NCBI RefSeq assembly: GCF_009914755.1
Contig: NC_060928.1
DNA from: the human T2T-CHM13v2.0 reference genome, Homo sapiens
DNA length: 64,000 nt
Reading direction: 5' to 3' (one strand)
Each line of letters begins with the position of its first letter. Within the stretch, counting starts at the first letter, position 1. The notes under the pieces were generated by a model. The model had not been told where the DNA came from, did no database searches, and saw only the letters and a list, made by a program, of their open reading frames with translations. The position numbers and the translations under genes were made by a program. Shown piece by piece: positions 44,016 through 60,893 of this stretch.

Positions 44016-44264
44016 TGAGAGCCATTTTTTTTGTTTTGTTTTTGTTTTATTTTAAGGATTGAAATGGTAACTTTTATATTAGGTATATTTTACCACAATT
44101 TTAAAAATTAAAAGAAGGATGATAAGGGTAGAAATTTAAAAACATTTAGAAAGTCAGTGGAAGCTAGAAAGGATCCAAGCACATCACATGTGATTTCCTT
44201 TACTGCTTTTGTAATTACCAACATCTTAGAGGGTTTCCCTTATTCATTGTTCTTTGGGAAATGA

Positions 44265-45885
<1,621 letters not shown>

Positions 45886-46837
45886 TTTTAAGCACAGATA
45901 TTTAGATTCCAAAGCTGACATTTCTAACCATGATGTCACTGTCTGCTACTTAAGGTAAGGAAATTGATAACTTCACTTAATTAGGCAAAAATTAAATCAA
46001 TTGCATTGAAATTGGAAGGAGTGAACAAGTGAGAAACCAGTGTGAATGCCTACATATGGTGGAATTTTCAAATTTTCAATTTTGTTAAGGTTTCCTCTAT
46101 GTAAGTATTGATTTCTCTTTTAAATATAATTAAAATGTGAATTTATTTAAAAGTTTAATATAAGTATGCATACTTACTCATTTGTTGAGTGCATATTTGA
46201 ACATGATGTTCTTCTAAACACCAGAGATTTGCCAGTGATAGCATCAGAAATTGAATAAGGAAATTATTTAGAAGGCATAACTAATAGGTCTTATAATGAT
46301 TCTAATGAAGAATTAAGAAACGAATAATAAGTGGGGAATTGCAAGTTGTATTTGTCTAAGAAACACTTTCATGGAAAGTTTGAATATTGTCACAAAATTA
46401 ATAGTTGAAAACAAACTCTGTTGGTCTTACGGCTTAATTTTGTCTCAAAAGTAATTGGGGATAATAAGAAATTCTGAGACCTCCATATTGACTTATAGAA
46501 AGCAACTTTCACTTATGCTGCCTCCTCAGAAACTGTTTATTACCTGCTTTATAGTATTCTGAGTAACGAAGTCAATCACATCATATTCTCTAATATAAAT
46601 ACATATATTTTAACAATAAAATAACAATTTAATTTATAACATGTTGAGATTAGTTTTTTTAATTAACCCAGGAAACTCAACCAAACTATTTCTGCTTAAC
46701 AATATTGAAAACAAAGAATGATTTAAACTTTACTAATGTTTACATAGTAAATACTAATATTTGAATAAGATAAAAATAAAATGCAACTATCAAAAATTCA
46801 AGTTTCAAAATCCATATAATGTTCAGATAATTTTTTT

Positions 46838-47170
46838 TGCAGTGGATTATGTGTTATGATTCATTCACTTTCTCTGCTATATCCTTGAAGAATGACTTTA
46901 TGGACTGCACAGGCTGCAAAGCTGAAAACTGCCTTTCCCTCACTCCACAGCAGTTTATGTTTCAGATGTGACTTTGAAGAGACTTGCTTCCAAACCTGAG
47001 TTAAGTGGAGCAAGAGAGTTAGGATATAAATAAAGACTCTTGCTGGTGCATATCACTGCAGAGGCAGGGCAGTTTTGTAAATATCAACTTCCAGATTTAG
47101 TGATTTCCTGAGATGTCAGTAGCTTTCAGCTTTAGGTAGAAGCAGTGTGACCTTTGCTAATATAGTGTCT
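46838..47170 (+). mobile_element. LTR33-like (ERVL) LTR fragment
   Basis: 'tgcagtggat...ggctgcaaagctgaaaactgcctttccctcactcc'. Confidence 0.5.
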
Positions 47171-47329
47171 GTTCTTCTAGCCATTATTAGAATAATTTAC
47201 CAAGGTCCCTTAAATAACATACTATAAATTATACATGTCATATAAATATGCTTGCTTCTAAAGATTAAGGGACAGAAGTAAACTCATTCCTGAGAATCAC
47301 TTTTTAGATTGGTAAATATACCTATTCAT

Positions 47330-47900
47330 GTTGCATTTACTAAGAAAATTTTACACACTGTATCACTTAAATTTAATTTCCTGTGACTTAAGTTGATCAT
47401 TCTCTATTGCTTGGAGATCTTACCCCTTCTGCATCAACATATATATTTACCACATTCTTTTTAAATTGCTTAGTAAGTCAGAGTATATTAAGGAACATAA
47501 TGTACTTAATTGGGCTCATATTTTTGTACATAATTCATTTTTAGAAAAGATTTCTAGAAGCAGAATTGCTATGCCAAAATATGGGAATTTTTGAACATAG
47601 AAGATATTGAAATATGCCCTCCAAAAAGGCTGTAATCATTTACATTATATTCAACAACATATGAATATGTACACTGTACAACACTCAATTTGCTATTGAT
47701 AATAAAAGTGGTAGATCTAAGACCAAAACACAGGCAGTCAGTCAGTGCAGTGGCTTAAGGATTCGACCATTAGTTATCTAGAATTATTGCATGAAGGACT
47801 GCTCATTTTGCTTACGTGTATTTTGGTCTGAATTCGGAATTTCTACTGGATTTTATTGGACATTTTTCTTTTAATTTCTGCAAGGTTTTGTGCCATGATA
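47330..47900 (-). mobile_element. L1ME-like fragments
   Basis: 'gatttctagaagcagaattgct...tgccctccaaaaaggctgtaatcatttacatt'. Confidence 0.65.
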
Positions 47901-48186
47901 TTCTATTCATGTTTATTTATAACAAGATTTATATTTTATTAATCTTATAGGGAATCACATTCTGAAGTACTGATATGGTCTTTTCATTTTTTTCCACTGT
48001 CATAATATTGATTTATTCCCTTTTAGATATTCTCTGCTATTTCAATGGGAGTTTCTGTGGCAAGTGCATTAGACTCATGAGATCTATTTAATTAAACCAA
48101 ATTCCTGCTTTTGCTTTTTGATTTTCTCTACTTTGTTTTGGGCATAACTTATCATCATTATGGTATATAGTATAAGGTAGATTTTA

Positions 48187-48537
<351 letters not shown>

Positions 48538-49014
48538 TTAAAAATAATGTCTTTAGATCATTTACTATTTGTGGCATTACATTTTACTTTCTCTGATACT
48601 CATTTTTCATACTGATTTTTCCTCACAGGTGTGTGTCTGTGTGTCTTTCTCAAAGACAGAATTTTGGATTAATCTTTCTTTTTAAAAAAAAGTTACTCAA
48701 ATAATGTTTTTTGTCTTTGCAAAGATAGTTCATGTTTTTTATGATTCATATTTTAATTTTTAACCAAATTTAAATACATTTTCACAGCTGCAAATTAATT
48801 AGAGTTAAAGAGGTCACATGTACCGTCACGATTTAGTTATACCATGTTGGAAATGTATACAAGTATGCACAACTTCCCCAGTAGGAGAAGAGTATATGTT
48901 GTAATACTAGGATGTAGGTGGGAGGCACATGAAAATTCAAGAGAAGGCCTTCTGTCTAATAGTATACCACTAGAAACAAATGGATCAATTTTTATATATT
49001 TGGGCATAAAATAA

Positions 49015-49213
49015 CAGTAAGACTAATGATCATTTTTACATTAACTCATTTAATTTATCCAATAGCCCTAAAAGATGATAGAATATAATCTCCATTTCTC
49101 CAGTGAAGAAGGGAGAGCCTGGATAATTAGGCAAGAACACACAACTAGAAGATGGAAGAGCCAAGATTCAACTCAGTGGCCACATAGGACACCATGAGGC
49201 CATTCTGCCTCTC
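49015..49213 (-). mobile_element. MIR
   Basis: 'acattaactcatttaat...ctccatttctccagtgaagaa...acacaactagaagatggaagagccaagattcaa'. Confidence 0.7.
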
Positions 49214-49550
49214 AGTAAAGTATGACAGTATATGACCCAGAAATTTTTTTTTTCTCTGAAGTAACATGGATTAGCTTTCAGCATGAGCATTTATAACTGG
49301 TGCTCAGGCTTTTGAGAAGCCCTAATTACTAATATCTGTATTCTTATTGTGTGTATTGTTCAAAGTGTCAAACATCTAACATCTATGTAGGTGAGTTATT
49401 AGTTATATATTTTGTAGATATTATGTAGGTGAGTTATTTACAGATTTTTACTAAGCACTTCAGCCTTTAGAGAGTTTTGCTAAGCACTTTGACTTTTTTT
49501 TGCTAATTTTTTATATAATATAAAAATTTTCCTTTTTAAAATAAAGAGTT

Positions 49551-49881
<331 letters not shown>

Positions 49882-52800
49882 TCATTTGTTGTGATTATAC
49901 TATTAATCTACTATGTTTTGTTGATGTGAAAAAATATTTAACTGAACAATGTATTAAGTGAAATTTATTTTCTCAGGGATTGTGTTTTTCAAATTTTTTC
50001 TTGGCATTAACATATTTTGTGTTGCAAAGAGAATGATACTTATTGTTGTTAGAAGCCCACAATTCTGATATAAGCCCAACTGATTATTGTACATTAGAGT
50101 AGAAATGAGAGGGTGGGATGATTTGTACATAAAACACTAATGATATACAATTATTCACTCACAACAGGCATGCTTTGTCTTTATGTATATTCATTCATCA
50201 TCGAGAATTATCTATATCAGCACAGCACTTCAGACTTTTAGTACTCAAGTAATTCATGATGCTTAGAATTACATGCATTGGCAGACTATTTTTGCAAGTT
50301 TTAAACAGATGGTTTTATATCAGAGATTTTTATAAAGACAGAGAACAAATAGGAGTAAGTTTTTCATGGCCAAATTGTCTTTTGCTGTATGAATTTCTGC
50401 CAATTCAAGCATACTGAATGTATTTCTCTCTGAAATTATATTTCACAACTTGTAAATGTGTGTATGTCAATTTCAAAGACTGCAGTTGCTTTGCACATTT
50501 AAAAAAATTAATTTTTATGATAACCTATTTGTTAACATACTTTGCATAATTTTTAGGATAATTACTATGTTAAAAATAGGTTACCAGAATTTCCCTTGGG
50601 GAAAATCACTATGAAAGGCTTACTTTTCAATAACCGAACTGAAGGTACTGCTAGATAAATGAGTTATTCTGAACCTTGTGTCTTCAGTTCTGTTCTGAGT
50701 ATACAACATTTAGATGCAATCTGTGGTTAGATTAGACCAGTGAAATGCTAGCATAAAATGGAAAGATATATATATATCTATGGAGGCACATAAAATTATG
50801 ACATTATGTAATTGAGCCAGAAAATGTAAGGACATGTTGATATTATATTTAAATAACTTTACAATGTTACAATCTTCTGCATCTCTAAAATGCAAGATAT
50901 AAACTAGAATGGTATTGAATTATTTTACAGCGTTATTACCCCATGATTCCTAAGAAATTAAATGTATAAAAATGTTATTTGCTAGTTGGGAGCCACTTAC
51001 TCTCTTTTATAAAATGTTGCATCTATTTTTTTTAAGCAAGCATTCACAGGTTGTTTCAAAAAACATGCTTAGAAGTAGTTGTCCCATGTAAACATAGTTG
51101 AGGCATAACAATAAGTTTTCTTGTCAGAAAGAGATAGAATATATAACAACTTAGATACTATAAAGTCTTTATACACTGTCTACATTAAAATTAAAATGAC
51201 ATGATTAATTGCATAAGAATACTTTGGATTTCTATAACTTAATATTATAGGTTTTTAAAAATAATAATCTGTTAAGAAAATTGTAAAGACACACGTAAAA
51301 AAGTATGTATGCAGGTTTTAGGTATAACTATTTTCTACTATTTTGCAATCAGAAGCAAATATCTATGTGTGCTTTTATGTGTGTGTATTTGTGTGTGTAT
51401 GTTTTATTCTAATAGGTTTAGCATATCTTTTGAATTGTAATGGTTAATTTTATAAATTCAACAGCCCATCAAATAAGGTTGGCGAGTAAAAAGCAGCTAA
51501 GTTTATTTTGGTTACTTTAGTTAATGTTGAAATGGGTTGCATTGGTAGACTATGTTATTGAGATACAGGTGAACTTACTGTGACACAGAAGATTGCTTTG
51601 TTTTTTGACAGAATTATGTTTGCAGGAGGATCTCAGGAGATGCCTGTGTGTATGAAAGACATTGGTAATACCAAGATGACAAGGAAACCCTCAGAATGGG
51701 ACAGGGCTCCCTTTATTTGTGATTCCAATTTTATACCAAGAGTATTGTAAAATCGTCTAGTATCTGGAGAGTTCTAAAAATAATTTTGTTCTGTTTAACA
51801 TCAAATTTTCAGATATTTCCAACCTTTGAAGCCTTTTTAGAATTAAAGTATATAAATTAAATTCTATTTAGATTAAATATATGCATTTTTAATCCAAATT
51901 TCTATATTCTTCTTAACATTTCTTTTTTCTATATTATCTATATATGGCAGGATAAAATATGGAATAATATAAAGATCAACCCAAACAGTAAGGCCCCAAA
52001 CCATTTAGCATGTATTTACATCCATGCAGCTTTGTCAGGCATTGCACAGTTGTAAAAACAAGGTGTTTAAAGTATCAGGAAGATATGAGCCCTGCCTTTG
52101 ACCTGCATTTCCAGAAATGCCCCTCAATTGGTTTGAAAATATATATCGTATAATTTGTTTACATGTTAACAAAAAATGTATGTAGGTTTTTGAAATTATT
52201 TATTTAGAGAAGAAGAAAATATATCAGTTTAGAAATATTTGCAATTAGATTGTTCCCATGTGCGGATATTTAGGGGTGCTGAATCACAAATAGCAACTTA
52301 TTATGTTTATTGCACAAAATTGTAACATTTTATGAAGCAACTCCACATGGAGTTTTAAGAAAATTGCATCCATGAGTATGTGATACTATTTAGAGAAGAC
52401 CCTGATACTAGAGAAATATTAACTTTGGATTAAATATTGGATTAAAAGAATAATATATGTACACAATTACATACTTATACCATCTCACTTTATCTCATGT
52501 GAGAACTATCTTCATAAAAGATGGAATATAAGTAAAACATTTTGGTTATAAATGCCAAAACCAGCCTTTCTGAGTTCACCATAAAAAATTGGTTGAAAAT
52601 TGATGAGTTATCAAAGTCATGAGATGCTGCCTAAGCAGATATAATAAAGGTTTCCAAGACATGGCAAAATTTGGAATTTCTGAAAATTGCAGTATATACT
52701 ATCCAATAACTCAGAAGACTCCATCATTCTCTGTTTCTCCCTTATACTAGATTTTTTAAAGTAATGTTGGTATTATTAACGTTGTATTATAAATGTAAAA

Positions 52801-53876
52801 AAAGATTATGTAGAAAATCAATGTACAAAAATTAATCAAGTCTCTAGAAGCTTTGTCATAAAATACAAATATTAAATAATAAAAGTTTGTACAAATTTGA
52901 ATTTATTTTCCTGAGGACAATAGTTACTATATCTAAACCAGAATTGTTGAATAATGTGGTTTCAAAAATAATTTAAATAATCTTGCACGGTAAACATATT
53001 AAATTACGAGATAATTATGATATAAAAATCTCAATATCTTACTGCTAATTTTTAATAGCATAAGTTCAAGTATATAAAATATTTTATTGTTAATATAGTG
53101 GTATTTTGGAGATCAACACTTTTAAATATTCAAAACTCTTCTCAGAAAATTACGTGTGACATCTCTTATCTTACAGCAATGAATCAAAAAATTTAAACAT
53201 ATTTCATGACATGAATAAGTTATAAGGAATTAAAAACATTACAAAAATATTACCTGATGTAAATATATTTCATATGATAAGTCTTCCATGCCACTTATTT
53301 ATTTTTCATCAAACATTGCAAGGAAGTCTGAGAAGTAGGCCACCTTCTAAGTACAAGGAGAATTGCATATAGTACAGCTTTAACTAGCACAGCATTTCAT
53401 TCAAGAAGACTGCTTCAAGACTTCATTTAAAATTATCAGGGGCACATTATCTGGGTACACAACAAGAAGCAATTATTGGTTTAATTAGCCAGCATTCACC
53501 ACATCGCCCTCTTTCTCTTTGTTCGATTGCCAGGCAATTTTCTACAATCATTAAGCAAGGGAACTATAATTCCACAATGACCTAATCTCAGCTCTTTCTT
53601 ATCACATTGGAATATTTTAAAGTTATTTATGACTGTCCTCAATAAGAACTAAGTCCATTGGGCAGAGAACACTTCAGGCTTAAAAATTCAAAATTCTTTG
53701 TCATATTCTAAATCTTTATTATATTTAATAATCGATTATGTTTTTATTTGCATAGATACTTGCCATGAAATTAATAATATTCTATTGAAAGTCAGTATAT
53801 ATGCTCTCTCTAAAAATTTTTAAATACTTAAAAATGATTTTTATGCAAGTGATTTATATATCATCTTTTACAAGTA

Positions 53877-53896
53877 TGTGTGTGTGTGTGTGTGTG
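53877..53896. repeat. (TG)10 microsatellite
   Basis: Read directly. Confidence 0.9.
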
Positions 53897-54349
53897 AGTA
53901 AATATTGTAAAACTGAATTTTAAAAAGTGAAGAAACTTTATAACTTGCTGAAAACCAAAACTAGATAAATAGACATTCTCTAAAATGTTTTTATTAGTGG
54001 TCAACTTTTACAGGTGATCAAGTGAAAGTTTTGCTCAAAACGTTAACCATTAATTAAGATGAATTCCTAAAATTTGTTTGAATGAGAACTTCCCAGTCTG
54101 GCATTGAAAAATAAAGACAAGTTAAAGAGTTAAAACTCTTTCCTTTGTAAGACCATACTGAAACAGCTGTCTCTGTGGTGTAAGAAGACCCAGTAGAGAA
54201 TCTGGAAACAGTAAAAACCTGTGTTATATATTAAATTTAAAAAAAGATGACAAAAAATGAATGTTCCTGTATAAAAGTTTTACATAAATATTACTGTACT
54301 CTAAATATTTATGTGACATTTATAAATATTTACTTTGGAGATATTTTTA

Positions 54350-55350
54350 AATCTGTTCATTTATGCTTTGCTAACTTTTTTGACATGTAAAATAGTGTTC
54401 TATAGATTAGATCTCATATCTATACCCTAGATATGATATAATTTATTCAGTCTCTCCCATATGACAAATATTTGGGTTGTTTTCACTACTCCATTTAATA
54501 TATTCCTAATTTTTAGACACAAATGTAATAAATTATTTGTAGAATGTTATTTAGTACTTAGAAACAGTCTCAGAGTTTCTCAGTATAATATGTGAATTTT
54601 TAAATATTTTTCCTTTTAATATTAACTCATATTATTATTAGAAACTAATTAGGACCTCAGGATCTTTAATTGACAATATTGAATACAGTTAGCCAATTTA
54701 AAAAATGCTTGAAAAAATGTATATTTTGTCTTTAGTATACATTTTATACTATACAATATATAAATATATTCTATACATGTACTATACAATATATGTGTCA
54801 GTCTTGTTATTAAGAACACGTCATGTAGATTTTAAATTGTTCACATATTCTATGTTCTTATTTACTTTCCACCTATGAAATATGTTCATTTTTAAGGTAT
54901 TAAAAGAAAACACTATGATGCTGGATTCATTAATTTTCCTTACATTTTGAAGAGCTATTTTATTTTATTAATATTTTACCATTTGTTATTTTTTTACCTT
55001 TACTTCTAGATGCAGTACTTGTAAAAAGCATATAGTTTTTTATTTTGTTTTGTTTTGTTTTAATCCTAAGCATCTAGTCTACTAATGTGTTGTCATTTTT
55101 TCTAATTCATGCCATCTCATTTTATGTGTTTCATTTGGCAAAACTTCTTGATCTTTCCCCCCCTTTTTATCTATTCTTTCCTCCCTTTCTTTCTTCCTCT
55201 TTTGTCTTCCAACTATCTTTTAAGATAGAATGAGCGTTTTTTTCCATCCTACCTTTATTTATTCAGTAGCTGTATGTTTCACTTGTGATCTTCTGTCACC
55301 CTAAAATTTTTATTACTCATATTTGAAAAATATAGATTTGCATCTAGTGT
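54350..55350 (-). mobile_element. Highly decayed L1M fragments
   Basis: T-rich; 'aatttattcagtctctccc...tttgggttgttttcact' and 'attgttcacatattctatgttcttatt'. Confidence 0.45.
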
Positions 55351-55419
55351 CAATAATTACCATAGAGGACTAAACAAAGTCTTTGAAGATATTTACCATT
55401 TTTTTCTTAATTTCCAGAG

Positions 55420-55950
55420 TTATAAACAAAACTTTGCAAAACTTATTCAATTATTAATGTAAATCTTCAGAAGTTCAGATTCTTCTCTGTAACATGGACA
55501 TAATACTAATGACATTATAAGATTTTTACGACAATCAAGATAGCAGGTAGTTGTCCTATGTTAATAACCTGGAACATGGTGGATGGTTAGCAAATGATAT
55601 ATCTTTTCTCACTTTAAAAAAAATGCTTCTATTTTACTATTATGGAGTTATGGGCATCATGTTTGTCCAATAGAGTACAGCGTTACACTACTAGTATGCT
55701 AAAGTTGGACTTCACTCTTCGAAATTAATCATCTTAATATATTTTTCTACTGTACAGAATAAGTTCATGTAAACAAAAGTAATTGTGATATTCCACTGAT
55801 CTTTTATAAGGACAATAATATCAAAATTATGAAGGTTTTTAGAATATTAAATCAGCTAATTTGTGTATAAATCTATAGGTCAGTATCTGGCACACAGTGT
55901 GTATTTGAAAAATAGTAACTATAGTAATGTTTTTATTATCATTACATTAT
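55420..55950 (+). mobile_element. Two MIR fragments
   Basis: 'ttcagattcttctctgtaacatggacataatactaat' and 'ctggcacacagtgtgtatttgaaaaatagtaactat'. Confidence 0.55.
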
Positions 55951-57092
55951 TTAAAATGTTATTTTAAAGCATGATTTTTCAGGTTTCTGAGCTGTAGACA
56001 TTGCTACATATAAGATAATATTTGCTATTTAAAGCTCTAACACCATCAAGTGTGTTAATAATAGGTATAAAGAAAACCAACACAGCAAGATCCACATAAT
56101 ATCCAAGGTGCAGATGTTCCTTCTAAATAATCAAGAAAAAATTACATGAATGAGAAAGAGAGAGGAGACACTCAATTAAGGAGGCACATGAGACAGAAAG
56201 AGGTCTACTTCTTAGGTCAAGACAACTAGATTAGATTTCCGCTATCTTGTTTTCATATTTTGTGCATGACAAATTGATATTCTAGGACATAAAATTTTGC
56301 TGTTCACAGAAGCTGGAGAGGAAGTGTAACCTTTGAAGCAGGTGTTCAGAGAGATAAAATATTTGAGAGCGACAGCTCCCACTGGACAGCATATAAAGTC
56401 GTTTTTTTAAAAAGTCCTAAATGACTAGTCCAGCTTGAGAATAGGATATTCTAGCCCGAATGATATTTGGATACAAAAATGGTTAAAACTTAACATCTCA
56501 AAACACCATGGCTCAAGAGAATATAATAGTATTACACATGAATGAGAATATTAAAAATATAATGTTTTTATTGAAAGTATTTTAATTAAAATGTTCGTAT
56601 CTTAAAATGTCTCTTAACTTCTCATTTATTTATGTTGAGCATTTTTCTGTGCATTTTTTATTAACCATATGCCAAGTAAAATATTGCACACTATTGGAAA
56701 TCCAGTGATTAAAATCTCATCTTTATAATGCACTAGATATGTAAAAATTGAAAGTTAGCTTTTTTTATGACGCAGTGTTTCTTGCTTTAAATAGGGATAC
56801 TAAGTCCTAAAGATAAGAGTGAGATTCAATGAAGTAATTTGGTCTAGTAGCATGCTTGCCCTCTTTTTGTTTCCTAATAAATCACAGTTTCGACATTCCC
56901 CATTCACATCTAAAATCTAAATATTCAGTGAGTCATTAACAATGTGCAAAACCATTATGATTATGCAATCACTATTCAAACGTGCAAATTTGAAATTATT
57001 TTATTTTCTTAGTTTCATATGTCTTTCCTGGCATTGAAACAGCCTGCCTTTTCCTGGTGCAGCCATATTCTCATTTGCCAGGTCCAGTGCAA

Positions 57093-57490
57093 TGTGCTGG
57101 CAGCACTCACCCAAAACCTTAGCACTTCAGTGCACACTAGCCTTACTTCCAAATGCTTGGTGCATCTCTTTGCCTGTGGGCCCTCTGACCTCTAGACTCT
57201 AGTTAACACATATGCAGCAGACAATATATGCTGTGGAATTAATACCCTCCCTCACCACCGCCACACACACTTACACTCAGACAGAACCAATAGAAATTAG
57301 TGTACTCTCCAGCTCTCTCTTGGTTCAGGCAGTATAATTCTGACAGGAGTGCTCCTCATTGGCCCCAGAAGTATTTCTAGTGTGACTAAATGCCTTCTGA
57401 CTTCTCTACTCCTCTTTTTATCTCTCAACTAAGTTGTCTGCACTGAATTTTTGTCATGAGGTTTGCTTCTGGTGAAAAACATTTCCCCGG
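57093..57490 (+). mobile_element. LTR16-like (ERVL) solo LTR
   Basis: 'gcacttcagtgcacactagccttacttccaaatgc...tgcatctctttgcctg' and 3' end 'aggtttgcttctgg'. Confidence 0.7.
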
Positions 57491-58574
57491 TTCGGACCAG
57501 TGATTGCAAAAACTGACCAGGGATTAAAATTCCAGTTGCCGTCAAGTGTTTCAATCGTCCAGTTATTTCAATATCAAGTCTTTATTTTCAAAAGAAGTTT
57601 GTTTAACTTTCTCCCAAATCTGTTACCTGTCCTGTTTCTTTTCAAAGGGTGACTTTGCCTGGAATCAAGTGTGAAAAGAGGAGTCTGATTACATGACTGC
57701 ACGGTCTTTAAGACAAATAAGGCAGAGCCAGTCTGTGTTTCCAGCCTGACAAAAAGGTGGTCTCCACAAAGCATGTATGTGACTTCTTTGGTGCTCTCCA
57801 ATAAACTCTCAAGCAACTGGTTCTCTATTGCTGAGGACTCCAGAGTGGCAACTGTGTCTTCTTTTGTCTCTCACCTACAGCATCCTAGCATATAAACCAC
57901 TCCTTCCCTGTCTCGTGAACTGTTGCCATTTCTGTTCAGCATGGACTTCTGGAGTCTTACAAAGAGCCTCAGGGAATAGAGATGTGTTTGTTTGCACTCT
58001 GTCAGTACCCATGGGTACCATTTGGCCTGTGTGTTCTGCATAATCCAGTAAGTCTTTCAACTTCAGACATCTCTGTATGAAAATAAACAGGCACTAGACT
58101 CCCCCACCATCTCCCCACCCCAGGAAAACACCAAATTGCAAAAGATATGTGCATCCTTTCTATTTTCAAAGCCAATTCTAAGAGAACAATGTGTGTTCTG
58201 ATGGGGAGGGAATGCTTACAATTCTGCTTTCTCTGTAGAGGACTCATAGCCACTTCTGTATATTTTTTGTATTTGTTTGTTTTTTACATAGATAAGTTTA
58301 TGTGAACAGCTGTACAGAATCTGATGGAACACAGTTCCTTAGAAACTCCAGTAGTGGAATATCTAAAATGACAGCAAGTGTTGCTATTAACTTAGAATAT
58401 GAGATAAAAAGCATTTTTATTATGATTTCTTGCAAATTTTTATTATCTTGTAAACCACTTCTAATCATCAGTACACAAAAATATTATGGTAATTCAATGA
58501 TTATAGGAGTAATCAGAATGAGATCAGGGACAAGAGGTTAATTTATGCACGTGGATATCTTTTTAAGCCAATGC

Positions 58575-59010
58575 CCGCTATACTACACAAGGTTTTGTCC
58601 CTGCCCCTCTCTCCAGCCTTGCCTCCTTTTCGTACTTGGACAGCACACTCTATCCACAATGTTCCTTTTTGTTGTTGAAAAAAACAGAATTTGTTTCTTC
58701 CTTTAACCGCTTCTTATGAAGAATTTTGAACTTCTCTGTGCCTGTATCTCTCTTACAAGATATCCAAATAAATTTTCAATGGCCTTCTCTGCTTCATCTT
58801 TTAAATCTTGCCTAAATATTGCCCTTCACAGTCAGTATCATCATATACTGTTTACTCATAACACTCATAATTAAATATCATTCATGTTTTGTTTATTATA
58901 TTTTTCTTCTTATGAGATTATAAATTCCACTTGCTAAATTCCTAGTGCCTAGAACAATATAGTGCAGTTCCGTACATATTTGAAAAAGAGAAGAAATCAC
59001 AAATGAACGA
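58575..59010 (+). mobile_element. L2 3' fragment
   Basis: 'ccctgcccctctctccagcctt' and 'cctagtgcctagaacaat...catatttg'. Confidence 0.65.
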
Positions 59011-59806
59011 AACAAAGTCTTGTTAAAATTAATTGTTTCCGTAAGTTAGTTCATTAGAAATATGCGACGTTATCATTATTTTGCTTTATGTGTCATAAGC
59101 AGGCACAAAAAGATTAGAAATCGAATAGATTAACTTTCTTAAAGAAACATATAATAGAAGCAATGTAATGTGTCATTTTAACAAAATAAAATAAAAACTT
59201 AAATGTTTTAATAGACTCAGTTTTGAAAAAAAAAAACTTATAATTCAAAATACTATTTAGTTTTAATTGAAGTTGGTCATCAAAATCCCAGTATTTGGTA
59301 ATGATCTTGAAAAGAGAGGCCTCTGAAAATATAAATGTTTATCTTGCAAAATGTACAAATAACTATTCTTGTTAAGTAGAAGTAATAATTTCCCCAAAGA
59401 TATAAACTCAGCTTTAATGTTAAACCTTGAGAAAAATAAATTTGCTTAATTTTCTGGGTTATTAAAGTAAAACTAATTTGTTGAAATTAAGCCAACTCTA
59501 GCTTTAAGCATTTCATGCTACTACTTAGAAAATAAGTGAATTAATGAATCTTATTTGAACAACTTATAATGTATGAAGACATTTAGAGTGCATCTAAATT
59601 TACCAGGAATAGTTTTTTTTTTCTCTCCTTCCTCCAATTCTGTATAATGTTTAATGGTGAATAAAAGCACTGAATTTCATTTTTACTTACTCACTTTTGT
59701 CATGTATTGAAGGAAACATTTATCTATCATACTACCTGTAGGAACAAATAAACACATCTCTAGATATAAAAATATAAATAAAATTATTTCCTGGAAAAAT
59801 ATTTCT

Positions 59807-60050
59807 CATTCTTATTCCTGCATTAATTCCACAGATGTTTATTGGACACCATGAATCACTTAGCACTCTTCTAGGGCCTGGGACACAGCAGTAAACAAAA
59901 CAGACAAAAATCTCTCATAGAGATCACAATTTAGGGCAAACACATATGTAATGTTAGATAGTGACAAATGCTAAGGAGAAATTATACAGCAAGGAAGACA
60001 TGACTTGCTGGGAAGATGAAATTGTAGATCAGGCAATTAGGAAGAGGCTG
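59807..60050 (-). mobile_element. L2a 3' end
   Basis: 'acagatgtttattgg...ctgggacacagcagtaaacaaaacagacaaaaat'. Confidence 0.8.
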
Positions 60051-60339
60051 AACACATGCAATGTTCAAGTTTTCAGATTACACTCATCTAGGGCACAATA
60101 TTTAAATCATTGATAATGAACTGGAATATTTCTCAAATTATGTTAATAGATAGCAAAAAGAGTTGGCTTTCTTGTTATTAGATGTAAGACCATACAGGTA
60201 GCAAAAATTACTTATATAATAGTTTCCTGATTGGGGTTTAGGTCTTTCCATTATAATTTAACTGCAGAGATTCAGAAGATTAGAGACTTTTATAAAAATG
60301 AGTCTCTCACCAGCCCATTGCAGCATTCCCAAAGGATGC

Positions 60340-60761
60340 TGTGATGTTTAATTTTAGGTGTCAGTGTGACTGGATTAAGAGATACCCAGATAACAGGTAA
60401 AACATTATTTCTGAGTATGCTGTGATGATATTTTCAGGAGAGATTGGCATTGGAATCAGTAGGCTGTGTAAGGGGAAGACCAACCCTCACCAATATGGGT
60501 GGGCATCATCCAATCTGTTGCAGGCCCAGTTAGAACCAAAAGTCAGGGAGAAGATGAAGGCAAATCTACTCACTCTTTTGGAGCTGGGACTTCTATCTTC
60601 TCCTGTTTTCAGGTATCAGAAGTCCAGGTTTTCAAGCTTTTGGACTCAGACTGAATTATATCACCAGCATCCCTGGTTCTCCAGCTTACAGATGGCAGAT
60701 GGTGGGACTTTTTACTCTCAATCATTGTGGAAGCCAATTCCCATAACAAATCTCCTGTTAC

Positions 60762-60796
<35 letters not shown>

Positions 60797-60845
60797 ATCT
60801 ATCCATCGACCTATCTAATCACCTCTCTCTCTATATATATGCATA

Positions 60846-60893
<48 letters not shown>

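Noticed and set aside
58005-58018. Perfect 14-bp palindrome GTACCCATGGGTAC
   Set aside because: A few 14-bp palindromes are expected by chance in 64 kb (64000/4^7 is about 4).
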